DNA from: Candidatus Ornithoclostridium faecigallinarum
GTDB taxonomy: Bacteria; Bacillota; Clostridia; Christensenellales; UBA3700
Reading direction: 5' to 3'
Length of the DNA stretch: 50,014 nt
Assembly (NCBI GenBank): GCA_018713665.1
Contig: DVOI01000054.1
Span: 1 to 50,014 of the forward strand
Positions 27,675-36,652 of this stretch are shown here, in pieces. The position numbers and the translations under genes were made by a program. The stretch's first letter is position 1. Each line of letters opens with the position of its first letter. The notes under the pieces are model-generated. The model had not been told where the DNA came from. It made no database searches and saw only the letters and a program-made list of their open reading frames with translations.

Positions 27675-29411
27675 TCAAACCTTCTTGTCCGCCTTGTAGG
27701 ACGTGTGAAGGAGCTTGTGCGCCTTGGCGCTGTTGGGGAAGCCGAAGTAGTCGTCGTAGATGACGTTCATCACCGGCGAGTCGGACGAACGGCGCAATTT
27801 GTTGGTCGCGTCCGACGTGTAGAGAGCCTTTGCCCTCGCCTCTTTGAGCTCGGTGGAGTTGCGGACGCTGTCCGAGAGCGTCGGCTGTCCGCCGCCGTTG
27901 ACGCAGCCGCCCGGGCACGCCATGATCTCGATGAAATCGTACTTCTTCTCGCCGGACTTGACTTGCTCGACAATCTTGCGCGCGTTGGAAAGCCCGGACG
28001 CGACCGCGACCTTGATCGGGTGTCCGGCGACGAGATAGGTCGCCTCTTTGATCGGTTCGGCGCCGCGCACACTGAAGAAGTCGAGCACCTCAAAGCTGCC
28101 GTCCAACATATGCGCCGCCGCTCTCAACGCCGCCTCCATGACGCCGCCCGTCGCGCCGAAGATTGCGCCGCCGCCCGACGCCAATGCGAACGGATTGTCG
28201 AATTCTTCGTCGGGAAGCTCGGCGAACTTGATGCCCGCGGTCTTGATCATACGCGCAAGCTCGCGCGTCGTCAATGCCGCGTCGACGTCGTCATTCATCT
28301 CCTCGCGCGTGCACTCGTATTTCTTCGCCGTGCACGGAATGATGCTGACGACGTACAGGTTCTTGGGATCGATGCCGTTCTTTTCGCACCAATAGCTCTT
28401 GAGCAGCGCGCCGAACATCTGCTGCGGCGACTTGCAGGTCGAAAGGTGCGGAATCATCTCGGGATAGGTCTGTTCGACGAACTTGATCCACCCCGGGCAG
28501 CACGACGTGAACATCGGCAGCGGCTTGCCCGTCTTGATGCGGTTGATCAGCTCGCTCGCCTCCTCCATGATCGTGAGGTCGGCGGTGACGTCCATGTTGA
28601 ACACCGCGTCCGGACCCAGCCTGCGGATCGCCGCGACCATTTTGCCCTCGACGTTGGTGCCGACGGGCATGTCGAACGCCTCGCCCAGCGTCGCCCTGAT
28701 TGACGGCGCGGTGAAGAACACCACCTTTTTGGACGGATCGGAAAGCGCCGCCCATACGTCGCCCGTCGTCGTCCTCTCGGACAGCGCGCCCACCGGGCAG
28801 GCGACAATGCATTGTCCGCAGCCCACGCACGGCGAATCGACGAGCGGTCTGTCGAACGCGCTTCCGATGTGGACGTGGAAGCCCCTGCCGATCGGACCGA
28901 TCGCGTTGACGCTCTGCTTGCGGCACGCGGCGACGCAACGCATGCAATTGATGCATTTGTCGTTGTCGCGGACGACGTACGGCGTCGACATGTCGATGGG
29001 CAAGACGAAGTCCTCGCCCTTGAACCTGTCCTCGTCGACGTAGTAGCCGAGCGACAGTTTTTGAAGTTCGCAATTGTGGTTGCGCTCACACGAAAGACAC
29101 TTCTTTTTGTGCTTGCTGAGAATGAGTTCGAGCGTCAGCTTGCGCGAACGGCGGCACTTCTCGGTGTTGGTGCGCACCTCCATGCCCTCCGCGACCGGAT
29201 AGACGCACGCCGCGACAAGCCCTCTCGCGCCCGTCGCCTCGACCACGCACATGCGGCACGAACCGACGCAGCTGACGTCTTTGAGATAGCACAGCGTCGG
29301 AATCTCGATGTGAGCCTTGCGCGCCGCCTGCAATATCGTCGTCCCCTCGGGGACGGTGACCGCTATGCCGTTGATCTTGAGATTGACCATTTTTTGCTGA
29401 TCGTTTTCCAT
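27675..29411 (-). CDS. hydA: [FeFe]-hydrogenase catalytic subunit (group A3, HydA/HndD)
   Basis: H-cluster motifs FTSCCPGW, PCTAKKYE, EIMACPGGCVNGGGQP; N-terminal 2Fe-2S and 4Fe-4S motifs. Confidence 0.93.
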   Translation of the reverse strand: MENDQQKMVNLKINGIAVTVPEGTTILQAARKAHIEIPTLCYLKDVSCVGSCRMCVVEATGARGLVAACVYPVAEGMEVRTNTEKCRRSRKLTLELILSKHKKKCLSCERNHNCELQKLSLGYYVDEDRFKGEDFVLPIDMSTPYVVRDNDKCINCMRCVAACRKQSVNAIGPIGRGFHVHIGSAFDRPLVDSPCVGCGQCIVACPVGALSERTTTGDVWAALSDPSKKVVFFTAPSIRATLGEAFDMPVGTNVEGKMVAAIRRLGPDAVFNMDVTADLTIMEEASELINRIKTGKPLPMFTSCCPGWIKFVEQTYPEMIPHLSTCKSPQQMFGALLKSYWCEKNGIDPKNLYVVSIIPCTAKKYECTREEMNDDVDAALTTRELARMIKTAGIKFAELPDEEFDNPFALASGGGAIFGATGGVMEAALRAAAHMLDGSFEVLDFFSVRGAEPIKEATYLVAGHPIKVAVASGLSNARKIVEQVKSGEKKYDFIEIMACPGGCVNGGGQPTLSDSVRNSTELKEARAKALYTSDATNKLRRSSDSPVMNVIYDDYFGFPNSAKAHKLLHTSYKADKKV

Positions 29412-29415
29412 ATCG

Positions 29416-31308
29416 TCACCTCCTCTCGATCGCGCCGAACTTGCAATTGCTCTCGCAAAGTCCGCACTTGACGCACTTGGTCCTGTCAATCACGTGCGGC
29501 TGCTTGACCGCGCCGCTGATTGCCTTGACCGGACAGTTGCGCGCGCACAGCGTGCAGCCGCGGCACTTGTCCGGATCGATGTAGTAGCTCATCAACGCCT
29601 TGCACACCTTCGCCTTGCACTCCTTGCGCAGGATGTGATCCTCGTATTCGTCGCGGAAATAGCGCATCGTCGACAGCACCGGGTTGGGCGCCGACTGACC
29701 GAGCGCACACAGCGACGACTGCTTCATGTGGTTGGCAAGCTCTTCAATCTTGTCCAAATCCTCGGGCTCGCCCTTGCCCTCGGTGATCTTCGTCAACAAT
29801 TGCAACAGCCTCTTTGTGCCGATACGGCAGGGCGTGCACTTGCCGCACGACTCGTCCGCGGTGAACTCCAAATAGAACTTGGAGATGTCCACCATGCACG
29901 AATCTTCGTCCAAAATGATCATGCCGCCGCTGCCCATCATCGAGCCTATCGCAATCAAGCTGTCATAGTCGATCGGAGTGTCGATGCACGACGCCGGAAT
30001 GCAGCCGCCCGACGGTCCGCCCGTCTGCGCCGCCTTGAACTTTTTGCCGTTCGGAATGCCGCCGCCAATCTCTTCGACGATCTCGCGCAAAGTCGTGCCC
30101 ATCGGCACTTCGACAAGTCCGACGTTGGTGATCTTGCCGCCCAAAGCGAACACCTTGGTGCCCGAAGACGACTCCGTCCCTATCGACGAGAACCACGCCG
30201 CGCCGTTCATGATGATGGGGTTGACGTTCGCCCACGTCTCGACATTGTTGAGAATGGTCGGCTTGCCGAACAAGCCCTTGACCGCCGGGAACGGCGGACG
30301 GGGACGAGGCTCGCCTCTGTGCCCCTCTATGCTGGTCATCAAAGCGGTCTCCTCGCCGCAGACGAACGCGCCCGCGCCCAGCCTGATCTCGATGTCGAAA
30401 TCAAAACCGCTGCCCAAGATGTCTTTGCCCAGCAATCCGTATTCGCGCGCCTGCTCGATCGCGATGTTGAGCCTCTCGACCGCGACCGGATACTCCGCGC
30501 GCACATATATGTAGCCGTAATGGGAACCGATTGCATAGCCTGCAATCGCCATCGCCTCGAGCACGCAATGCGGATCGCCTTCGAGCACCGACCTGTCCAT
30601 GAACGCGCCCGGGTCGCCCTCGTCCGCGTTGCAGCAGACATACTTGACGTCGCCCTGCGACGCCTTCGCAAACGACCACTTGCGCCCCGTCGGGAAGCCC
30701 GCGCCGCCCCTGCCGCGCAAACCCGACGCCAACATCTCGCTGATGACGTCGTCCGGGGTCATCGTCGTCAAAACCTTTTCGAGCGCCGCATAGTCGCCGG
30801 CGGCAATCGCCTCGGTGATGTCCTCGGGCGCGATCACGCCGCAATTGCGAAGCGCAATGCGCATCTGCTTTTTGTAGAACGGCGTCTCCGCGAACGGTAT
30901 GATGTCGCCGCTCTCGGTCACCGTACCGGCATAGAGCAGCTCCTTGACAATGCTCCCGCCCTTGACAAGGTGCTGTTTGACCACAGTCTCGGCGTGCTCG
31001 GGCGTCATCTGCGCATAGAACGCGCCCTCGGGGTAGACAATCATAATCGGCCCCAGCGAGCAAAGCCCGAAACAGCCCGTCTTGACGACCAAGACGTCGT
31101 CGAGCCCCATCTCCTTCAACGTCGCTTCCAATCTCTCGATGACCTTCATCGAGTGGGACGACGTGCACCCCGTGCCGCCGCATACGAGCACCTGCTTGCG
31201 GTAGCCCGTCTTTTTCGCCAGCTTTTCGCCCTCCTCTTTGACGAGGCGGCGCACCGCAATCAAATCCTTTTTGGATTCGCGGATCTTGTCCAACTCTTTG
31301 ATTGTCAT
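29416..31308 (-). CDS. hydB: NuoF-like diaphorase subunit of a bifurcating hydrogenase (HydB/HndC)
   Basis: GLRGRGGAGFPTG, CNADEGDPG, GAFVCGEETAL, ESCGKCTPCR, C-terminal 2x4Fe-4S. Confidence 0.93.
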   Translation of the reverse strand: MTIKELDKIRESKKDLIAVRRLVKEEGEKLAKKTGYRKQVLVCGGTGCTSSHSMKVIERLEATLKEMGLDDVLVVKTGCFGLCSLGPIMIVYPEGAFYAQMTPEHAETVVKQHLVKGGSIVKELLYAGTVTESGDIIPFAETPFYKKQMRIALRNCGVIAPEDITEAIAAGDYAALEKVLTTMTPDDVISEMLASGLRGRGGAGFPTGRKWSFAKASQGDVKYVCCNADEGDPGAFMDRSVLEGDPHCVLEAMAIAGYAIGSHYGYIYVRAEYPVAVERLNIAIEQAREYGLLGKDILGSGFDFDIEIRLGAGAFVCGEETALMTSIEGHRGEPRPRPPFPAVKGLFGKPTILNNVETWANVNPIIMNGAAWFSSIGTESSSGTKVFALGGKITNVGLVEVPMGTTLREIVEEIGGGIPNGKKFKAAQTGGPSGGCIPASCIDTPIDYDSLIAIGSMMGSGGMIILDEDSCMVDISKFYLEFTADESCGKCTPCRIGTKRLLQLLTKITEGKGEPEDLDKIEELANHMKQSSLCALGQSAPNPVLSTMRYFRDEYEDHILRKECKAKVCKALMSYYIDPDKCRGCTLCARNCPVKAISGAVKQPHVIDRTKCVKCGLCESNCKFGAIERR

Positions 31309-31309
31309 A

Positions 31310-31804
31310 TCACGCCTCCCTGTACTTGGCGATGATCGCCTTGACCTTGCCCGGTTCGAGCTTGCCGTAAACTTCGTCGTCAATCATCATGACCGGCGCA
31401 AGTCCGCATGCGCCCACACAGCGGCAGCTGTCAATCGAAAACAATCCGTCTTCGGTGCATTCGCCGCACTTGATTCCCAATTCCTTTTCGACAGCCTCCA
31501 AGATCTTGTCCGACCCCTTGACGTAACACGCGGTGCCGAGACACACGCTGATGCGGTGCTTGCCTTTTGGCGTCAACGAAAATTGCGAATAAAAAGTGGC
31601 CACCCCGTAGACCTCGGAAAGCGAGACGCCCATGCCTTCGGCAATGATTGTCTGCACCTCGATCGGGAGATAGCCGTAGATGCCCTGCGCGCGCTGCAAG
31701 ACGTGCACCAAGCTGCCGGGGATGTGCTTTGACTCCTCGATGACGGCTTGAAGCTCCGCTTTCTGCGCGGCGGTACCGTGGAAAGTCGATTTCTTTTCGC
31801 TCAT
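31310..31804 (-). CDS. hydC: NuoE-like 2Fe-2S subunit (HydC/HndA)
   Basis: VATFYSQF, CLGTACYVKG, CVGACGLAP. Confidence 0.93.
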   Translation of the reverse strand: MSEKKSTFHGTAAQKAELQAVIEESKHIPGSLVHVLQRAQGIYGYLPIEVQTIIAEGMGVSLSEVYGVATFYSQFSLTPKGKHRISVCLGTACYVKGSDKILEAVEKELGIKCGECTEDGLFSIDSCRCVGACGLAPVMMIDDEVYGKLEPGKVKAIIAKYREA

Positions 31805-31838
31805 ATTCTCCTCACCTTAAAAACGCGCCCCGAAGGGC

Positions 31839-31889
31839 TCGTTTATTATTTAACAATGTTATTATAGCATACGCGCGCGCCCTTTTCAA
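31839..31889 (-). promoter_or_regulatory. sigma-A promoter with a Rex-like operator at the transcription start
   Basis: TTGAAA-17-TATAAT with TG extension (31889-31861); TTGTTAA-ATAA-TAAACGA (31856-31839) versus consensus TTGTTAA-N4-TTAACAA. Confidence 0.7.
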
Positions 31890-31996
31890 CAGCTTTGGGC
31901 AACAATTTGAAAAAGTTGCGCAAAGGAAACCTCTCCTTCCCAAAGACAAAAAAATGCGCCTTACGGCGCAAAAACCGAATACAGGTCGCAAATCTC

Positions 31997-32872
31997 CTAT
32001 ATAATCACAAAGTCGCCCGGCGTGACGAACAGCGCGCTGATGATCGCAAAGATCACCGCGAGCACCACTTGGTGCAACACGTACACCCACAGCGCGTGCC
32101 TGCCCCAGAACGAGAACGGCGCGTACCAATTGTACTCCCCGAGCCACGGCAAGAGCGAACGCCGCTTGGGATAGAGCACCGGCGCAATCGCCGCGCCTAT
32201 CAGCATGTAGCCGGTCGTCGGGAACACCGGATAGTAGTCCGTCGAGACCACGACGTCGGCGGAATTGGGAACGGCGCCTTTCATCCAATGAGCGAGCCAA
32301 AAGAAAGAGTCGTCGGCGGCGAACGCATATCTGTCCCTTTCATAGACCTGCATAAAACCGTAATCGATGAAGATGATTGCAAGCCCCAACACTAGACAGA
32401 CGAGCGCCGTCTTGTGCTTTTCGCCGCCGCAGCAGATGTCCACAATCACCCAAAGCAGAATGGAAAACGCGAACATGTGCAATATGCCGAACGTAATCGG
32501 CGAGCCTATCTCCGTCGTCACAACGGTGATTATGCCTGCAAACAGCGCGACCTCGACGCCCCTCTTGAAGTTGTTTTTTGAAAAAGAACAGGAAATGCCG
32601 CAAAGCAGCGCGAACAGCCAGACCACGATGTCCTGCACGGTGTAGCGCAGGTCGGAATGCCAATATTCGCGCGCCCGCAAGATCAGCTCGCGCAAAAACT
32701 CGCTGTCCGTCGCCGCGTACCATGTGTTGCCGAACTGCAATGCGATGTCGTACATCGTGTGGTCGAACACCATGAGCAGCACGCAAACGCCGCGCAAAAA
32801 ATCAAGCTCCCAAATGCGGGAACGTCTGCCGCCGAGCGCGCCTTTTGTCGTGTTCAATGCCTCGCTTTGCAT
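31997..32872 (-). CDS. DUF1624 / HGSNAT-like membrane acyltransferase
   Basis: RIWELDFLRG...MVFDH, FGILH, DYYPVFP, WGRHAL.VY.LHQ. Confidence 0.85.
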   Translation of the reverse strand: MQSEALNTTKGALGGRRSRIWELDFLRGVCVLLMVFDHTMYDIALQFGNTWYAATDSEFLRELILRAREYWHSDLRYTVQDIVVWLFALLCGISCSFSKNNFKRGVEVALFAGIITVVTTEIGSPITFGILHMFAFSILLWVIVDICCGGEKHKTALVCLVLGLAIIFIDYGFMQVYERDRYAFAADDSFFWLAHWMKGAVPNSADVVVSTDYYPVFPTTGYMLIGAAIAPVLYPKRRSLLPWLGEYNWYAPFSFWGRHALWVYVLHQVVLAVIFAIISALFVTPGDFVII

Positions 32873-32918
32873 ACGACGATTATAGCACGCGCGCGCGCTC
32901 AAGTCAAACCGCGCGGCA

Positions 32919-34046
32919 TCATTTTGTGAAAACGTGTACGTCGACCGTCAATTCGATTCGGCGCAAAAGTCCGTCCCCCTCCGCTCTTATCTTCGCGCCG
33001 TAGCGGCGGTACAGCACCTCGCGAAGTCCGAAGACGTCGCAATCCTTTTCGCGGCACGCCTCGAAACACGCCCTGACTCTGTCCTCTATCGCCGCCGCAA
33101 TCTGCTCGACCGCGCTCTCGTCGAGCACTCCGACCTGCCTGCCGCCCTCGGAATGCGGCTTCTCCGCAGGACGGCACATCACCGTCAACTCGAGCTTCGC
33201 TTCCCTCTCGCCGACCGCGCGGAAGTCGGGATGAGAATCCAAGATCACCGCGTCCAGCCGCCTGCCGTCCCCGTCCTCGTAGGGAATCGTGCCGCTGTTG
33301 ATGCGCTTGGTGCCGTATGACAATCCCTTGCTCTCCTCGCCGTCCAGCCTCAGCGCATAGCCCTCGCGCGTCATCACGATGGTGTCGGTCAGCTCCAGGC
33401 GATAGGCGTCGTCCGTCGCGTCGGGCGCAATCGAACCGTCCTTTTCCTCAATCGCGGTGACGAGCGGCATATAGCTCGCTCCGCCCAGCGTGAACCAATC
33501 AAAATAATACCGCTGCAACGTCATGGGGTTTTGCCCCGCCTCGTCACGGTTGGACTGCAACATTTCGAGCAGGTGATAGCTGACCGCCTCCCCCACGGTC
33601 AACTTTGTCTTGAGCAATTCGCCGGCTTCGCCGGGAACGGCGACGATGAGAGCCGTGTCGCGGACGAGATCGGACTTGAAGATGTATTCGAGCGCCTCCT
33701 GCGGCCCTGCTTTGAGCAAGTCCGTCCCGAACAATATCACGTCCGTATGCGCAAACGACGCCCTCAATCCCGACCCGAGCGACAGGTTCTCGACCGCCTC
33801 GGCGACGGTCGCGCCCTCGCTGCGGAAGATTGCGAATTTGTCTCCGCCCGACGCGGTACCGCCGTTTTGCGGCACTACAATCTGCGCGGTCAACGTCAAA
33901 TCTCCCGGCGCGCCGTCCAGCGCGACCCCGACCACTATCGCACGGTCGAGCAGATTTATCCCCGACGACAGACTGCCCAGCAGTGCGAACATCACAAACA
34001 GCAGCGGTATCACCAGCCACTTGCGCGCCGACGGTTTGAGCTTCAT
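32919..34046 (-). CDS. Spore germination receptor C subunit, Ger(x)C
   Basis: AIVVGVALD, G.TV.EAV, CDVFGL; third gene of the gerA-type operon. Confidence 0.82.
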   Translation of the reverse strand: MKLKPSARKWLVIPLLFVMFALLGSLSSGINLLDRAIVVGVALDGAPGDLTLTAQIVVPQNGGTASGGDKFAIFRSEGATVAEAVENLSLGSGLRASFAHTDVILFGTDLLKAGPQEALEYIFKSDLVRDTALIVAVPGEAGELLKTKLTVGEAVSYHLLEMLQSNRDEAGQNPMTLQRYYFDWFTLGGASYMPLVTAIEEKDGSIAPDATDDAYRLELTDTIVMTREGYALRLDGEESKGLSYGTKRINSGTIPYEDGDGRRLDAVILDSHPDFRAVGEREAKLELTVMCRPAEKPHSEGGRQVGVLDESAVEQIAAAIEDRVRACFEACREKDCDVFGLREVLYRRYGAKIRAEGDGLLRRIELTVDVHVFTK

Positions 34047-35122
34047 GCGTATGCCCTCCTTTGACGTCTTCGGCGCGACAGCTCCCACGCAGCGTACACC
34101 GACATCGGCACCGCGTATTCGACGACCGCGGCGAGATAGCGCACTCCGCCCGTGAAGAAGTCGTGAGCCGCGCCGACGTTGCCGACCGCAAGCTTGCAGA
34201 CAAGCCCCAGGGCGACCGCCGCGATCACCGCCGCCGCGCCTCTGTGCCCGACGAAATGCGCGGTTCCCTCGGCAATGGTCGTCACCAACAGCGACAGCTT
34301 TATCGTCGCCATAATCAGCCACGCGCTGACGACCGGGAAGTCGAGCGCGCCGAGCAATTTGGACAGCTTGTTGAACACCGAAAGCTTGGCAAACGCAAAC
34401 GACGCATAGGTTGTCCCTCCGCCGAAAACGCATGCCAAAGCGACGGTGAATCCTATCGTGAACAACGCTATGAAAGCGAGAGATATCAACACGGGCACGT
34501 GTTTTCTGCGCACATCGACGACGACCGAACAGAACATCAACGGCGTGAAATCGCCGAACCAAAACAGGTACTTGTCGCAGGCGGAGACCACCCCCGCGTC
34601 GGGCATGACAGGCAGCACCGCGTCAGGATCGCCGTTGAAGTCGGCGAGCAAAATGTTGAGCACGACCACCGCGCCGACCAGCCATACCGCGACCTGCGCA
34701 ACGCGTGCGATCACGTTGAATCCCTTGTAGGCGATATAGGCGAGCGCGGGAACGAGTCCGGCAAGCACCAGCCTCCAAAGCCCCACGTCGAACAACGTCG
34801 TCGCCGCATAGGCGACCGTCTCCGAACAGAACAGCACCGCCTTGAACGCGCTGCCGACGACCGCGAGAACGATCGCCGTATTCTTGACCGCGAGCGGTAT
34901 GTCGAGCGATCGCAGTCCGCCCGCGCACGCGATCTTGTAGACAAACGCGAACACCGCTATGTCAAGCGTGATCATGATCGCCGCCGCCAGCCAAAACTGC
35001 CTTCCGCACTCACCCGCAAAATAGCGCGGAAGCATCAATACCTTGAACGTCACCGACGCGATGAACGCCAGCGCGGCGATCTGGGACGGATAGGCGCTTG
35101 TCGAAGTCGTTCCTCCCTTCAT
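34043..35122 (-). CDS. Spore germination receptor B subunit (GerAB/APC family)
   Basis: About 10 TM segments, LMLPRYFA, KGFNVIAR; coupled to gerA and gerC. Confidence 0.8.
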   Translation of the reverse strand: MKGGTTSTSAYPSQIAALAFIASVTFKVLMLPRYFAGECGRQFWLAAAIMITLDIAVFAFVYKIACAGGLRSLDIPLAVKNTAIVLAVVGSAFKAVLFCSETVAYAATTLFDVGLWRLVLAGLVPALAYIAYKGFNVIARVAQVAVWLVGAVVVLNILLADFNGDPDAVLPVMPDAGVVSACDKYLFWFGDFTPLMFCSVVVDVRRKHVPVLISLAFIALFTIGFTVALACVFGGGTTYASFAFAKLSVFNKLSKLLGALDFPVVSAWLIMATIKLSLLVTTIAEGTAHFVGHRGAAAVIAAVALGLVCKLAVGNVGAAHDFFTGGVRYLAAVVEYAVPMSVYAAWELSRRRRQRRAYA

Positions 35123-36552
35123 CTCATCCTCCTGTGATTGACGTTGGGCACGCTTTCGGGCCGCGTAGTCTGCTCGGTCAGACTGCCCTTGAAGAACGCG
35201 TCCTTCCAATCGCCGGGCAGCGCCGGCGCGAACGGCGCGAGATAGGACGTGCCGAAATTGCGCAGATCGGCGAGATAGGCGATCAGCACGACCGCGCCGA
35301 GTATGACGCCCAAAAGCCCCATGACCCCTGCGACCGCGACAAACGTCAGCCGCAGTACCGACGCGGTGTTCGCCTCGTCCGGCACGCAATACATCCCGAT
35401 TGTCGAGACGGATATAATCAGCACCGTCGGCATGGACAACAGCCCTGCCGACACCGCAATGTTGCCCAAAATGAGCGCGCCCACTATCGACAGCGCGGTG
35501 CCGATGTAGCGCGGCATCCGCACGCTCGCCTCGCTGAGAATCTCGAACACCGTCAGTACGACGAGCATCTCGAGCGTCGGCGTCAGAGGTATCCCGTAGA
35601 CCGAATTCATGATTGTAATCAGGAATTTGAGCGGAAACATTTGATATTGAAACTCTTGCAAAGCGACATACGCCGCCGGCAAAAATATTGCAATCGCCAA
35701 CGCCATAATCCGCACGCACCGCAGCAGCGTTGCGCGATAGCTCTTGATGTAGTAATCCTCCGCCGACTGAAGGTGCTCGAACATCACGAACGGCACCGTC
35801 AAGACGACGGGCGAACCGTCGACAATCACCGCGACCCTGCCCTCGAGCAACTTTGCCGTCGCAATGTCCGGCTTCTCGGTCGAGCCGACCTGTTCGAACA
35901 GAGAGCGGTTGTCGTCCTCGAGATAACGAGCGATGTACGCCGCCTCGACCACGCCGTCGATGTCGATTGAGTCCACCTTGCGCTCGACCTCGGCGACGAC
36001 TTTGGGATCGGCAACCCCGTCAATGTGGACCAAGCATACCGAGGTACCGCTCAATCTCCCCACCGTCTTCACCTTGAGCCTCAATTTAGGCGTGCGCAGC
36101 CGGCGGCGTATCATCGTCATGTTGGTCTTCATGTCCTCGACAAAGCCCTCGCGCGGACCGCGCAGCACGTTGCTGACCGGCGGCTCGGCAATCGCTCTCA
36201 CCGAATATTTGCGTTCCGAAAAGACGTATGCGGACGGCGCGCCGTCGACAATCAACACGATGTCTCCTCCGGCGACGGTGCCGGCGATTTCCTCTTCGCC
36301 TATCTCTTCTATCGGCGTCGTGGGCCGCGTCTTCTGCGCCAAAACAGTCGATATGTCTCCGGTTTTGACCTCTTTCCGACAGCTTTTCAACGGGCGCACT
36401 ATGTTGAGCTCGAATACCTCTTTGTCAATGATTCCGTCCGGCCATACGAACGCGCAATCCGCGCCCATCGCCTTTAACCGCATCACTATCAAATCCGCCG
36501 CGTCGCCGAACTCTTCTTTGAGCGCAGATATCGTCTCTTCGAGTTTTATCAT
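35119..36552 (-). CDS. Spore germination receptor A subunit (GerAA/GerKA)
   Basis: RGPREGFVE, TEKPD, LLEGRVA..VDGSP, EASVRMP, LSIVGALILG. Confidence 0.93.
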   Translation of the reverse strand: MIKLEETISALKEEFGDAADLIVMRLKAMGADCAFVWPDGIIDKEVFELNIVRPLKSCRKEVKTGDISTVLAQKTRPTTPIEEIGEEEIAGTVAGGDIVLIVDGAPSAYVFSERKYSVRAIAEPPVSNVLRGPREGFVEDMKTNMTMIRRRLRTPKLRLKVKTVGRLSGTSVCLVHIDGVADPKVVAEVERKVDSIDIDGVVEAAYIARYLEDDNRSLFEQVGSTEKPDIATAKLLEGRVAVIVDGSPVVLTVPFVMFEHLQSAEDYYIKSYRATLLRCVRIMALAIAIFLPAAYVALQEFQYQMFPLKFLITIMNSVYGIPLTPTLEMLVVLTVFEILSEASVRMPRYIGTALSIVGALILGNIAVSAGLLSMPTVLIISVSTIGMYCVPDEANTASVLRLTFVAVAGVMGLLGVILGAVVLIAYLADLRNFGTSYLAPFAPALPGDWKDAFFKGSLTEQTTRPESVPNVNHRRMR

Positions 36553-36652
36553 AACTTTGGTGTGCGCCGCCGCGCGTTTGTTATACGAATTTTCGTCCTC
36601 TTTCGCCTTCTTTAGCCCTTTTGCGCCGCGCACGCGGTATTATAATCGAGTC

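Noticed and set aside
27675-31804. Respiratory complex I (nuoEFG) or formate dehydrogenase
   Set aside because: All three H-cluster motifs are present, with no membrane nuo or molybdopterin subunits.
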